Source: a virus (lineage: Duplodnaviria; Caudoviricetes). Taken from it: a stretch of DNA of 40,468 nt. Positions 1 to 8,308 of this stretch are shown in pieces. Made by a program: the position numbers and the translations under genes. Location of the stretch: positions 1-40,468 of the IMG/VR virus record IMGVR_UViG_3300037484_000276. The stretch is one strand, 5' to 3'. Below the pieces are notes generated by a model. That model was given only the letters and a program-made list of their open reading frames with translations. It was not told the origin of the DNA and did not search any database. Every line of letters begins with the position of its first letter. The stretch's first letter is position 1.

Positions 1-126
1 CCATGTTTTTTAGATATTTCTTTTCCCTTTTTGTCAGCTATATCAAAATAATATTGACATTTTTCTTTAGCCTCATCGTAAGAAATAGCTCCAAACTTCA
101 TTGCAGCTACTATTCCTCTAGCTATT
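1..126. repeat. Terminal direct repeat / assembly overlap, copy 1
   Basis: 1-126 is identical to 40342-40467; the next base differs (127 g, 40468 a). Confidence 0.97.
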
Positions 127-158
127 GCCAAAGCCTTTTGGGGATTTGTTTCTTCCAT
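1..158 (-). CDS. Hypothetical 66-aa protein spanning the circular junction (continues 40341 to 40299)
   Basis: ATG at 158 reads MEETNPQKALAIARGIVAAMKFGAISYDEAKEKCQYYFDIADKKGKEISKKHGKKYTPINFTKFAR* across the join; 201 nt in total. Confidence 0.75.
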   Translation of the reverse strand, partial: MEETNPQKALAIARGIVAAMKFGAISYDEAKEKCQYYFDIADKKGKEISKKH

Positions 159-167
159 TCTTTAATG

Positions 168-197
168 ATTCTACCAACCCCCTAGTTAAAATGTCAA
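168..197 (-). promoter_or_regulatory. Sigma70-type promoter
   Basis: TTGACA-18 nt-TAGAAT, 9 nt before the ATG at 158. Confidence 0.65.
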
Positions 198-199
198 GT

Positions 200-964
200 T
201 TAAACTCCGCTTATTGGGCTGTGCATAATTGGATTTATGTCATATAGCCTGTTCTTTTTAGATTTACGGCCCTTGCCTGATTTTAGTTTGTCTTCTTTTA
301 TTATTCTGCTCCCCCACTTTTTCTGTAACAACAGGAGTTGTTCTCTTTCTCGTTCTAGGGTTCTGTATTCCGCTACCCCCCCAGCTTGTTCTTTCTGTCT
401 AACATGGTAATGATATTTATTTACTCTAAAAACTATCCTGTATTTGTTTAAATTTTGTAGTGTAAAATCATAGTCTTCTTTTAAAGATAAATTTTCATCA
501 AATCTAATGTCGGAATGTATATGAACCATAAAGGGACTACCTATGTAAGCAGTAGTGGAAAATGGCCTATGTTCTGTGTAAACCTGTTTATCTTTATTAA
601 CATTAATTCCCCACAGTTTTGCTCCTATATCTTGAGCCATAATTGTATATTTTTCTATAAAAAGATAGATTTCTTTTTCTGTGTCAAGTTTGATGTCTTT
701 TTTGTTTTCCCAGTATCCGATATATTGAAGGGCATCGTCTACAATGCAAAGTATGTTGTCCTTTTCTAAATCCATAATTCTGTTCCTTATCCTGCAAACA
801 TTTCCCTGATATTTCTCCTCTACTGAAATTATGTTGGAGTTTGGATTTCTTTTTTTATATTCGTCAAATTGACTCTTGGCTACGTAGACCCTTGCAGAGG
901 GTATATATTTTAGTGTTTCAACAAATGGTCTTTTGTAAGACGGGATACAGATTGAAATATTCAT
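200..964 (-). CDS. TAGT/GREB1-like glycosyltransferase (putative DNA modification)
   Basis: Motifs IPSYKR, RNRIMD, CIVDD, KEDYDFTLQ, QAGG and LQKKWG; overlaps the upstream ParB-like gene. Confidence 0.7.
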   Translation of the reverse strand: MNISICIPSYKRPFVETLKYIPSARVYVAKSQFDEYKKRNPNSNIISVEEKYQGNVCRIRNRIMDLEKDNILCIVDDALQYIGYWENKKDIKLDTEKEIYLFIEKYTIMAQDIGAKLWGINVNKDKQVYTEHRPFSTTAYIGSPFMVHIHSDIRFDENLSLKEDYDFTLQNLNKYRIVFRVNKYHYHVRQKEQAGGVAEYRTLEREREQLLLLQKKWGSRIIKEDKLKSGKGRKSKKNRLYDINPIMHSPISGV

Positions 965-1560
965 CTTTTTATTTTGTCTAAAAAATCTGTTCCTTTAATA
1001 ACTCTCCCAACTCCGGCTCTTTTGTAATCGTCTTTTGCATCTAAAGCCTTGACTTTCGGTAAGGGATATATTGTTTGTAAATTAAGCCAATCTATTTGAT
1101 TGTCGAAATATAAAACAATATAATTGTGTTCTTCTAATAGTTCCTCTGAAAATGGTATTTCGCCTTCTATTTCCTTGTCGTCTATTGTTAAGTCTTTTTC
1201 GTCAAACCCCCATTCGACTAAATCTTCTGTTTCGAAAGATTCTGCAAGTTTTTCCCAATCCCATTCTCCGAGATTTTTATTGCTTCGAATATTATATTCT
1301 TGTAATTCTCTGTTGTTTAATTGTTTGTCTGGAACACGTACGTCTATTTCGTCTTCTCCCCTGCCTAACGCTTGCATTATTCTTAATCTTTGGTGTCCAG
1401 CTATAATTGTGTTGTCTTTATTAATTGCTGGTATTTCAACTAAGTCAAATTTTTTGAGTGAAGTTTCTAAATCTTTGTTTTGTTTCTCGTTCATTTTCCG
1501 AGGATTTTTCTCATAAGGAATAAGATCATTTATTTTTCTTTTTTCAGTCTTCCACTTCAT
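961..1560 (-). CDS. ParB/sulfiredoxin-like N-terminal domain protein
   Basis: LIPYEKNPRK...IIAGHQRL...SNKNLGEWD is typical of phage ParBc domains; acidic linker and short C-terminal domain, no methylase motifs. Confidence 0.85.
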   Translation of the reverse strand: MKWKTEKRKINDLIPYEKNPRKMNEKQNKDLETSLKKFDLVEIPAINKDNTIIAGHQRLRIMQALGRGEDEIDVRVPDKQLNNRELQEYNIRSNKNLGEWDWEKLAESFETEDLVEWGFDEKDLTIDDKEIEGEIPFSEELLEEHNYIVLYFDNQIDWLNLQTIYPLPKVKALDAKDDYKRAGVGRVIKGTDFLDKIKR

Positions 1561-1804
1561 CTCCCACGACTCCTTCTAATGTTTGTTCCATTTCCCTCTG
1601 TTCCTCTGCTTTCTTGGGATTGGCTTTTAAATCTAGTTTTTCCTTGTTTGGTCTTCTTACAACACCAGACTCACCCGCTGTTTTTTGGATGGGGGCAACG
1701 TTCGATCCTTCTTGTGGGGGAAGTAACCAGTAGAATAAAATCTTCTCCTTAGCTTCCCTGCTTATATCTGATAATAATATTTTGATTAGTATGTCTTGGT
1801 TCAT
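1544..1804 (-). CDS. Hypothetical protein
   Basis: 86-aa ORF overlapping both neighbours in the operon. Confidence 0.7.
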   Translation of the reverse strand: MNQDILIKILLSDISREAKEKILFYWLLPPQEGSNVAPIQKTAGESGVVRRPNKEKLDLKANPKKAEEQREMEQTLEGVVGDEVED

Positions 1805-2001
1805 TTTTGTTTAGGGCAATCACAGTCTTTAATCACTTTAAAATTTGTTACTTTTCCCCTAATTGGCAGTCCGTCACCTAATAACTGTGCTTGTTGTAAA
1901 CAAGTAGCGCATTGTATGTCTTTGCCTCGATAAAAAAATTTGTACCCTCCAACTGTTATTGTGTCTACCAAAATTGAATAACTTGGTATTTTAATTTCCA
2001 T
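1801..2001 (-). CDS. Small Cys-containing hypothetical protein
   Basis: CATC and CDC motifs; tight gene packing. Confidence 0.65.
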   Translation of the reverse strand: MEIKIPSYSILVDTITVGGYKFFYRGKDIQCATCLQQAQLLGDGLPIRGKVTNFKVIKDCDCPKQK

Positions 2002-2003
2002 TT

Positions 2004-2327
2004 TTATTTAGTCCTTCCAATTCCTCCTATCGGGGAAATGTCATTCCAGACTTCCCTTATTTCGCTTTTTTTATACTTGGCAAACATTTTTTTTGATTGT
2101 TCCGGATAGGCGTCTTGATATTCTTTGCTTGGCACTCCCTCGCGCCAAGGCTGAATTATGCTTTTAAAGTATTGTTTTCGTCCCTCCTTAATATTGTCGC
2201 TCGTGAATTCTACCTGAGAACTTGGCTTTTTGAATTTGCTAAACCTATCTTGACAAATTTTGCAAGGCAGGTACCCCAAGTTCTTGTCTTTTGTCGCCTG
2301 ATTTATGTTGCAAACACTGCATAACAT
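2004..2327 (-). CDS. Zn-finger hypothetical protein
   Basis: CSVC...CKIC; 1-2 nt spacing to neighbours. Confidence 0.7.
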   Translation of the reverse strand: MLCSVCNINQATKDKNLGYLPCKICQDRFSKFKKPSSQVEFTSDNIKEGRKQYFKSIIQPWREGVPSKEYQDAYPEQSKKMFAKYKKSEIREVWNDISPIGGIGRTK

Positions 2328-2328
2328 T

Positions 2329-3891
2329 TTATTTCTTTTCTTCTATGTGCGGGATTATGGCCTCGCTCGTAATGACTTGCATAGCCACGCTTGTTGCGTT
2401 GTAAACGGCCGACGTTAACACTTCGGTAGGATCGACTATTCCTTCCTTAATCATGTTGCAAATTTCCCCCGTAATGATATTCAATCCTGTTTCCCCATCC
2501 TTGTCTTTTAATATTTCCTTGTATTCTCCGGCGTCCAGTCCCGCGTTCTCAAGGAGCTTTCTGAATGGCGACTGCAAGGCGTTCCTCATGATTGTTGAAG
2601 TGCTATCTTGTCTCAAAATTGAAAGGGCTATGTTAAGCAATGTTATTTCCCCCCCTGCGACCACGCCGCTCCTTGTGGCCGTCTTGGTAGCTTCCACGGC
2701 GTCTTCCACGCGTTCCTTACGTTCTCGCATTTCCACTTCCGTCGCGCCGCCTACTTTGATCACGGCGACCGATCCCGTAAGCTTGGCGAGCCTCTCTTGC
2801 AATTTGGCTATATCGAAACTGCTCTCCGATTCATCGATTTGTTTTCTTATAGATTTTATCCTTACCTCGATGTCTTTCTTGTTGCCCTTGCCGCCAGTAA
2901 TGATCGTCGCGTCTTTGGTTGATTTAACCTTCTCAGCATAGCCCAAATGTTCGAATTTGATATCCTTTAACTTGACACCTGTGTCCTCTCCGATCACGGT
3001 AGCGCCAGTTAAGATTGCCATGTCAGTCAACAATGCCTTTTGTATGTTTTCAAATAATGGAGCTTGAACGCAAAGCACGTTCAATTTGCCATTCATTTTG
3101 TTGACTACAAAAGAAGGAAGCACGTTCCCCTCGTAGTCCTGCGCTATAACAAAAAGGGTCTTGCCATTAGGGATAAGTTCTTTAATTAAAAATGGTTGTA
3201 TTTCCTCCGTGAAATCACTCAAAACCATGTCCGTAACGAGTATTCTTGCTCCTTCCAAGACCGCCGTTTCGTCCTCTGGATTTGTGATAAAGTGCGGAAG
3301 CCTCCATCCCTGGTCTATCTGCAGTCCCTCCTGCATATCCACCGTAGTATCCCTACTGTGGCTTTCTTCCACTGTAGATACTCCATCTGCCCCTATTTTA
3401 TGGATCGTAGTACCTATCATATCGCCGAGGTCCTTATTGGCAGAGGATATAGTCGCAACTTGTATTTTTTGTTCCTTGGTATATATAGGTATGGAAACTT
3501 GCTTAATCTTGTCTATTACTTCATCTCTCAATTTTTCTAATCCGTCGCGCAGGCTCATGGCGTTCACGCCAGCGGCCACTATCTTATTCGCTTCGTATGC
3601 CAGTGAGCGAGCGAGTATTATTGTTAATGTTGTACCGTCACCCACTTCTTCTACCTGCTTTTTGGCTGATTGTAGAAGAATGTCTGCTCCTATTTTTTCA
3701 TAAGGGTTAGTGAGCTTTACACTTTCAGCTACACGGAAACCGTCATGAATAGTAAGCGTTTCAAAACCCTTGTCAATACAGACATTATTGCCTCGTGGCC
3801 CTAAGGTTGTAGCAACAACCCGATACATGGTTTCCATCCCTTTAAGAATTTTTTCTCTTGCTTCTTTGCCGTATAATATTTTACTTTTCAC
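2329..3891 (-). CDS. groEL: Phage-encoded group I chaperonin GroEL/Cpn60
   Basis: TLGPRG, GDGTT, LQERLAKL, VIKVGGATEVEMRERKERVEDA, GIVDP; no GGM tail. Confidence 0.97.
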   Translation of the reverse strand: MKSKILYGKEAREKILKGMETMYRVVATTLGPRGNNVCIDKGFETLTIHDGFRVAESVKLTNPYEKIGADILLQSAKKQVEEVGDGTTLTIILARSLAYEANKIVAAGVNAMSLRDGLEKLRDEVIDKIKQVSIPIYTKEQKIQVATISSANKDLGDMIGTTIHKIGADGVSTVEESHSRDTTVDMQEGLQIDQGWRLPHFITNPEDETAVLEGARILVTDMVLSDFTEEIQPFLIKELIPNGKTLFVIAQDYEGNVLPSFVVNKMNGKLNVLCVQAPLFENIQKALLTDMAILTGATVIGEDTGVKLKDIKFEHLGYAEKVKSTKDATIITGGKGNKKDIEVRIKSIRKQIDESESSFDIAKLQERLAKLTGSVAVIKVGGATEVEMRERKERVEDAVEATKTATRSGVVAGGEITLLNIALSILRQDSTSTIMRNALQSPFRKLLENAGLDAGEYKEILKDKDGETGLNIITGEICNMIKEGIVDPTEVLTSAVYNATSVAMQVITSEAIIPHIEEKK

Positions 3892-4177
3892 TTAAGGTCC
3901 CCCTTATGCTTTCAAATGGGATTATCAAATGTTCAACGTCATCAAGATAGATCTTGTCCGCCCTGTATGGACTAAAAATTATTGTATCTCCGGTATTTAA
4001 CTTGGCCTCGATGTATCCGCCCGAGACATGGAGCATGGGCGCTCCGACCACAACTACTTCTCCTCGTGTGGATTGCGAACCCGCCTTGTCTGCGGTAAGT
4101 ATGGTTTCCGATTGAGTGTCTTGTGTTTTTACTAGGATATATCCTTGGTATGGAGTGAATCGAACTATTTTGTTCAT
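3881..4177 (-). CDS. groES: Co-chaperonin GroES/Cpn10
   Basis: 98 aa with P...ILVK, RGEVVVVG, GDTIIF, EHLII...IRG; directly upstream of groEL. Confidence 0.9.
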   Translation of the reverse strand: MNKIVRFTPYQGYILVKTQDTQSETILTADKAGSQSTRGEVVVVGAPMLHVSGGYIEAKLNTGDTIIFSPYRADKIYLDDVEHLIIPFESIRGTLSEK

Positions 4178-4190
4178 ATATTTTATTATA

Positions 4191-4547
4191 TCATTTTCTG
4201 CAGGTAAAATCGTAATCTATTGGTATCGAGTAGGCCGTTTCCAATCTTTGCTCTCCTGTTACTAAATCTAACTGTTTTATTACGAATACCGTTTCTACCA
4301 CCCATTGATAGAACCTCAGTTCATCTTCCCTCACGCTCAAAATGTAAGATGGATTACAAAGTTCTTCCAAGAGAATTGGGTCGTGATCTTTAGCCTGAAC
4401 TCTGTACCCTTCTTCAACCTTGCAAATAGATACATTGTTCCTAAAAAGTGCTTCTTCTAAGCATCCAGATTCCTTGGTTATTTTCTCGGTATAGGCTCCT
4501 ACTGCTATCAGCCCTACAGCTATGGGAAACCCAATCTCTTTTAGCAT
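4191..4547 (-). CDS. Hypothetical protein with N-terminal hydrophobic anchor
   Basis: IGFPIAVGLIAVGAY segment; 118 aa. Confidence 0.65.
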   Translation of the reverse strand: MLKEIGFPIAVGLIAVGAYTEKITKESGCLEEALFRNNVSICKVEEGYRVQAKDHDPILLEELCNPSYILSVREDELRFYQWVVETVFVIKQLDLVTGEQRLETAYSIPIDYDFTCRK

Positions 4548-4568
4548 TTCCCATTTTAGCAGTTTTAT

Positions 4569-4754
4569 TTAGAGTTGCTCTCCAAAAATTCTTTGATACC
4601 AATTAACGGCATTATCTAACTCTGAACACGGCAATTCTTTACCAGCCCACTTTTTAATAAAATCGATATGTTTTTTCCATTCTTCTCTAATTACATTCTT
4701 TTGTGCTTGTTCACAAATTAATCTACATTCTTCCTCTGTATATTTCTTTTTCAT
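4569..4754 (-). CDS. Hypothetical protein
   Basis: 61 aa; ATGA overlap with the upstream ORF. Confidence 0.65.
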   Translation of the reverse strand: MKKKYTEEECRLICEQAQKNVIREEWKKHIDFIKKWAGKELPCSELDNAVNWYQRIFGEQL

Positions 4755-4891
4755 CTTGTTTTTGTTAGGCTTTCCAAGTATTTAATGTATCCCTTTAATT
4801 TTTTTACATCTTCCTTTGTAAGTTCACCAGGAACTAGGATCATGGCATATCGTTTATCAACTTCATTAAATGTAATTTCAAATCTAATCAT
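4751..4891 (-). CDS. Small hypothetical protein (46 aa, not in ORF track)
   Basis: MIRFEITFNEVDKRYAMILVPGELTKEDVKKLKGYIKYLESLTKTR*; ATGA overlaps at both ends. Confidence 0.6.
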   Translation of the reverse strand: MIRFEITFNEVDKRYAMILVPGELTKEDVKKLKGYIKYLESLTKTR

Positions 4892-5031
4892 GGATCATAA
4901 ATTCTTCCGCAATACTCACATTTAAATTTACTCCAATCAACAATCTCTGTTTGTATAAATCTATGCTTACCAGATACACTTTTTGGGCATTTAGTCGTCT
5001 TTTTTAATTTTGGTGATAATTCTTTTTTCAT
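4888..5031 (-). CDS. Small hypothetical protein (47 aa, not in ORF track)
   Basis: MKKELSPKLKRR...KCEYCGRIYDP*; ATGA overlap with the next gene. Confidence 0.55.
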   Translation of the reverse strand: MKKELSPKLKKTTKCPKSVSGKHRFIQTEIVDWSKFKCEYCGRIYDP

Positions 5032-5058
5032 TTTAATTTTGCTTTACGAGTGTGCTCG

Positions 5059-5376
5059 TCAAGTTCGGTTGGTTTTAAGAGAATCAAGTAATTCAAATAA
5101 TTCTTTGAAATAGCTTTCAATCGTTACAACTGGCTGTCCTGCTGCTATTTGGTCATAATGATAATCTCTAGTCAATCTTGCCCATTCACTTATTTCCTCT
5201 ACTATCTCCTTTCTTTGTTGGGAGAGGAGTTGATTAATCTTTTCAATTAATTGTTTTTTCATTAAACGGATATCTTTCTCAAAAATAATCTCGTTCCCAA
5301 ACTCATTGACTCCAATCCAACTGTTAACAGTAAATTCAACCATTTCCTCTATAGTCATATTTAGATTTAATTTCAT
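5059..5376 (-). CDS. Hypothetical protein
   Basis: Start moved to the ATG at 5376 (preceded by AGAAGGA) because the ATG at 5418 lies inside a hairpin. Confidence 0.65.
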   Translation of the reverse strand: MKLNLNMTIEEMVEFTVNSWIGVNEFGNEIIFEKDIRLMKKQLIEKINQLLSQQRKEIVEEISEWARLTRDYHYDQIAAGQPVVTIESYFKELFELLDSLKTNRT

Positions 5377-5408
5377 ATTCCTTCTTTGATAAAAGTTAAA
5401 TCTTATTT

Positions 5409-5442
5409 TGACAGCCATTTACCGCTAAGGAGATGGCTGTCA
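5409..5442. terminator. Stem-loop downstream of the secreted-protein gene
   Basis: TGACAGCCATTT / AGATGGCTGTCA inverted repeat; no clear U-tract. Confidence 0.45.
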
Positions 5443-5456
5443 TATAAAATCCCCGA

Positions 5457-6191
5457 TTAGGGATCAATGAACCTAACTCCACAGTTCTCTGATCCGCATT
5501 TACTTACCGAACAGGCGATAACGTCAACCATTTGATTGACATTATGTACTATCGTTTCCTGTCCGCTTATCCTTCCAGTATTCCAAACAAAATCCTTACC
5601 TGTCGGGCCGTAATACAAAACAAAATCATTAGTGTCTGTAGTAGTCCATCTAACATCTAGATCTGTACCAGTCCTCCAAGCATAGGTAACTGTTGGTGCG
5701 TATTTAGGAACGCCACCATCATTACAAATTGGAGCACCAGCCTGAGTTAAAGGCTGTTCTGGCCTTGGTGTAGGTTGTGGTTCTTCTGGAACATCACAAG
5801 CTACAACCTCCTCCTCTTTTATAGAACAGGGTACTTCCTCGTTTGTTTCAACATCAGCTTCTTGGGTCTTTACCTTGTTTGCATAAACCCATTCCCATTC
5901 TTGCCAGTCCCATTTTCTACAAACTTCATTGTGTTCGTTATAGCCTTCTGGACATTCCCACTTTTCAGGTTTACATTCGTTTTCTCCTCTGTCATATTCA
6001 CAAACCCTCTGTTGGGTTTTATGTCCCTCAGTTTGTCCACATGCTGCCTTACAAGAAGATATATCTTCCCACTCACCATATTCTCCGTTTGAGTTTTGGG
6101 TTCCAGTGGCGAATACTTTAGTACTCCCCCAGAAAGAGAGTGCTGTAACTGTTAAAAATAAAGATGCTAATAAAAGTTTCATCGATATCAC
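5457..6191 (-). CDS. Secreted Cys-rich protein with a thrombospondin-1-like motif and an FN3-like C-terminus
   Basis: Signal peptide MKLLLASLFLTVTAL...VFA; WEDISSCKAACGQTEGHKTQQRVC; Pro-rich linker; DVRW...FVLYYG beta-rich domain. Confidence 0.65.
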   Translation of the reverse strand: MISMKLLLASLFLTVTALSFWGSTKVFATGTQNSNGEYGEWEDISSCKAACGQTEGHKTQQRVCEYDRGENECKPEKWECPEGYNEHNEVCRKWDWQEWEWVYANKVKTQEADVETNEEVPCSIKEEEVVACDVPEEPQPTPRPEQPLTQAGAPICNDGGVPKYAPTVTYAWRTGTDLDVRWTTTDTNDFVLYYGPTGKDFVWNTGRISGQETIVHNVNQMVDVIACSVSKCGSENCGVRFIDP

Positions 6192-6478
6192 GCTCCTTCT
6201 CCTACTTTATTCAATGTTTCCGCATTGTTGTAGGCACTTTTGACCTTATTGTGTGTTATAGACCATCTTCTTTTTTGAATAGACCTGACGCTTCTTTTTA
6301 AATACTTGGCGTTTTCCCTGTCGGTCTTATCGGAAAATAATATTTCATAATCCTCGCTTGAGGTGTAGTGCCTCCATTTAATATCTGAGAAGTCGCCTTT
6401 GTCATAGTTGGCTTTCCTGTGTCGATTTCTATAGGCAATCATCTTTAGTTTGTTTTTGTAGAATTTAAGCGATTTCAT
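6188..6478 (-). CDS. Basic hypothetical protein, possibly HTH/Myb-like
   Basis: YTSSED...AKYLKRSVRSIQKRRW. Confidence 0.6.
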   Translation of the reverse strand: MKSLKFYKNKLKMIAYRNRHRKANYDKGDFSDIKWRHYTSSEDYEILFSDKTDRENAKYLKRSVRSIQKRRWSITHNKVKSAYNNAETLNKVGEGA

Positions 6479-6858
6479 TTTTTATCGGGATTTTCATAGA
6501 TATTTCCGACGATAACACAATTTTTTGTTTCTGGCGTACATTCCCAAGCAGGAATTGCAAATGGATAAAATCCACCTTCTTTTAATTTAACAGTAAAGCT
6601 ATCAACTACTGAGCCACTGTCATTTAATTCTTCAACTTTGTCTCCCTCATAAATCTCTTTTCCATTTTTGTCGGTCATACCAGTAAATTGCATAAGTTCA
6701 AAATTTTCAATTTCTTCATCTGGATCGCCACCCAAATTATGACAACCCTCAACGCCTACTTTGCCATTTCTTTGAAAAACTAAAAATACAAAATCATCAC
6801 ACCCTGAATAAATCAACCTCTTTTTATCTTTATCCCAAACTCTAAAGCGTATTTTCAT
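6475..6858 (-). CDS. YopX family protein
   Basis: KIRFRVWD, LMQFTGMTDKNGKEIYEGD, IVGNIYENP. Confidence 0.95.
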   Translation of the reverse strand: MKIRFRVWDKDKKRLIYSGCDDFVFLVFQRNGKVGVEGCHNLGGDPDEEIENFELMQFTGMTDKNGKEIYEGDKVEELNDSGSVVDSFTVKLKEGGFYPFAIPAWECTPETKNCVIVGNIYENPDKK

Positions 6859-6891
6859 TTTTATTTCCCATATTTTTTAATATTCCTTTGA

Positions 6892-6993
6892 CGGACTCGG
6901 TAGGACTTGCACCTACCTCTCCCTACTTTCCCAAATAGGTTGTTTTCCTATCCCTACTCGTCAGTAAAGACTGTCTAATAAAACTACAAGTCC
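6892..6993 (-). ncRNA. tRNA-like element (Pro-like anticodon region, enlarged D-loop)
   Basis: Acceptor GGACTTG/CGAGTCC; T-arm GTAGG-TGCAAGT-CCTAC; D-stem GTTTT/AAAAC around 33 nt; anticodon arm CCTAT-TTGGGAAA-GTAGG. Confidence 0.6.
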
Positions 6994-7051
6994 AAATATC
7001 TAAGGGAAGAAGTGAGCATTTTTAGGGGCTTCTTCCCAAAGTGAAAAACTA

Positions 7052-7501
7052 TTAACGAATAAATAAAATCTTCTCCGCTACTTTTCTAGTTTTTATTGCC
7101 TTCTTTAAATCTATAAAATAACCTAAATTATATTTCTTCCCCATAAAATGAATAAAAGATTGCCATTTTTTGGATTTTTTATCCCAACTAACTCCTTTAT
7201 GTCCAGAAGTGTTATTTGATTGCATGCCTCTATTTATTGCACTTAATTGTGTATCGGCAATTCTTAAATTATTTTTTCTATTATCTAATTTGTTTCTACT
7301 TATATGATCTGTTAAAAATCCTTGTGGAGTTTTGTTTATAAATCTGTGCATCCATACATTTTTGTTTTTAATTATTTTTCTAACAGCATATCCAGTACCA
7401 TCATAATGCCATCTCCATTGATTCAAACATTCATAGTCTTCATTATCAACAAGTACAAACTTATTGGGATATTTTTTTGTACTAATGTTTATTTTTTTCA
7501 T
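7052..7501 (-). CDS. HNH + AP2-domain homing endonuclease
   Basis: MHRFI...DHISRNKLDNRKNNLR (HNH); NNTSGHKGVSWDKKSKKW...LGYF (AP2). Confidence 0.92.
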   Translation of the reverse strand: MKKINISTKKYPNKFVLVDNEDYECLNQWRWHYDGTGYAVRKIIKNKNVWMHRFINKTPQGFLTDHISRNKLDNRKNNLRIADTQLSAINRGMQSNNTSGHKGVSWDKKSKKWQSFIHFMGKKYNLGYFIDLKKAIKTRKVAEKILFIR

Positions 7502-7624
7502 TTATTTTGCTAACAAGATAAGCGACCAAATAATTAAGATTATCCAAACGATTGTAATTATTACTGGTTCATATCTTCTAAAAAAGACTTTTCTTTTTCT
7601 TTGGTTTATTTTTTTAGATTTCAT
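7502..7624 (-). CDS. Small membrane protein (40 aa, not in ORF track)
   Basis: Basic N-terminus followed by VIITIVWIILIIWSLILLAK*. Confidence 0.6.
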   Translation of the reverse strand: MKSKKINQRKRKVFFRRYEPVIITIVWIILIIWSLILLAK

Positions 7625-7824
7625 TTTTTCATTTCCTTACGCATGGCTTCGGTATAGTTTCTAATCACTTTTAGCTGATATTCTGTAATACTGTATTTTC
7701 CTACGCCCCCCTCTGTAATTCTTTTAGGTGCGTCAATAATCTGTAATAGTCCCGACAGGCGTGTGTAATTTTCGGCAAGTCCCAGTTCTTTTGCGATATT
7801 AAATATTCCTTCGATTTTTTTCAT
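7621..7824 (-). CDS. Hypothetical protein, possible HTH DNA binder
   Basis: IFNIAKELGL; ATGA overlaps. Confidence 0.6.
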   Translation of the reverse strand: MKKIEGIFNIAKELGLAENYTRLSGLLQIIDAPKRITEGGVGKYSITEYQLKVIRNYTEAMRKEMKK

Positions 7825-7976
7825 TTATTCTTTAAAAATCTCCTGCCTACAGAAATCATTTTGCTTTCTTGATAATTTTTCTCAAACGCCCCCAATTCAC
7901 TTTCGGTCATAAATCTCTTGATTATGTATCTTTTATACTGTGCTTGTCTTTTGATAATTACTTCTTTATATTTCAT
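7821..7976 (-). CDS. Small hypothetical protein (51 aa)
   Basis: MKYKEVIIKRQAQY...FLKNK*; ATGA overlap. Confidence 0.5.
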   Translation of the reverse strand: MKYKEVIIKRQAQYKRYIIKRFMTESELGAFEKNYQESKMISVGRRFLKNK

Positions 7977-8142
7977 TTTTCGATTTTAACAATCCCTCAA
8001 TTAATAATAATAATTCTGTTAGGGTTAAATATAAATCTTTGTGTAATCGTTCTTTGTGTCCAACAGCCATCCATTTACTTCCTTTTCTAATAAAGGTTTT
8101 GGTTCCATCATCGCTAATTAAAATTAGCCTATTTATATACAT
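7966..8142 (-). CDS. Small hypothetical protein (58 aa)
   Basis: MYINRLILISDDGTKTFIRKGSKW...KNEI*; fills the gap in the operon. Confidence 0.5.
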   Translation of the reverse strand: MYINRLILISDDGTKTFIRKGSKWMAVGHKERLHKDLYLTLTELLLLIEGLLKSKNEI

Positions 8143-8308
8143 TTTTATATCTTGTCAAAAACCCCAAATGATGTTCCATTAAAATCCTTCTCTCCCAATG
8201 GGCCAGCATTTTACATCTCGCACCACAATAGGCTTTGGTCATTCCATGAGATTTTTTTCTAAAATCTCTCTTACAAACTGGACACTTGCCGTAAACTATT
8301 TTTTTCAT
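8129..8308 (-). CDS. Small Zn-finger protein (59 aa)
   Basis: CPVC...YCGARC; ATGA overlap with the upstream ORF. Confidence 0.6.
   Translation of the reverse strand: MKKIVYGKCPVCKRDFRKKSHGMTKAYCGARCKMLAHWERRILMEHHLGFLTRYKNVYK

Noticed and set aside
6920-6970. Hammerhead ribozyme idea from CTGACGAG...GAAA
   Set aside because: Stem II does not close next to GAAA and no stem I/III with a cleavage triplet is evident; the tRNA-like fold explains the region better.
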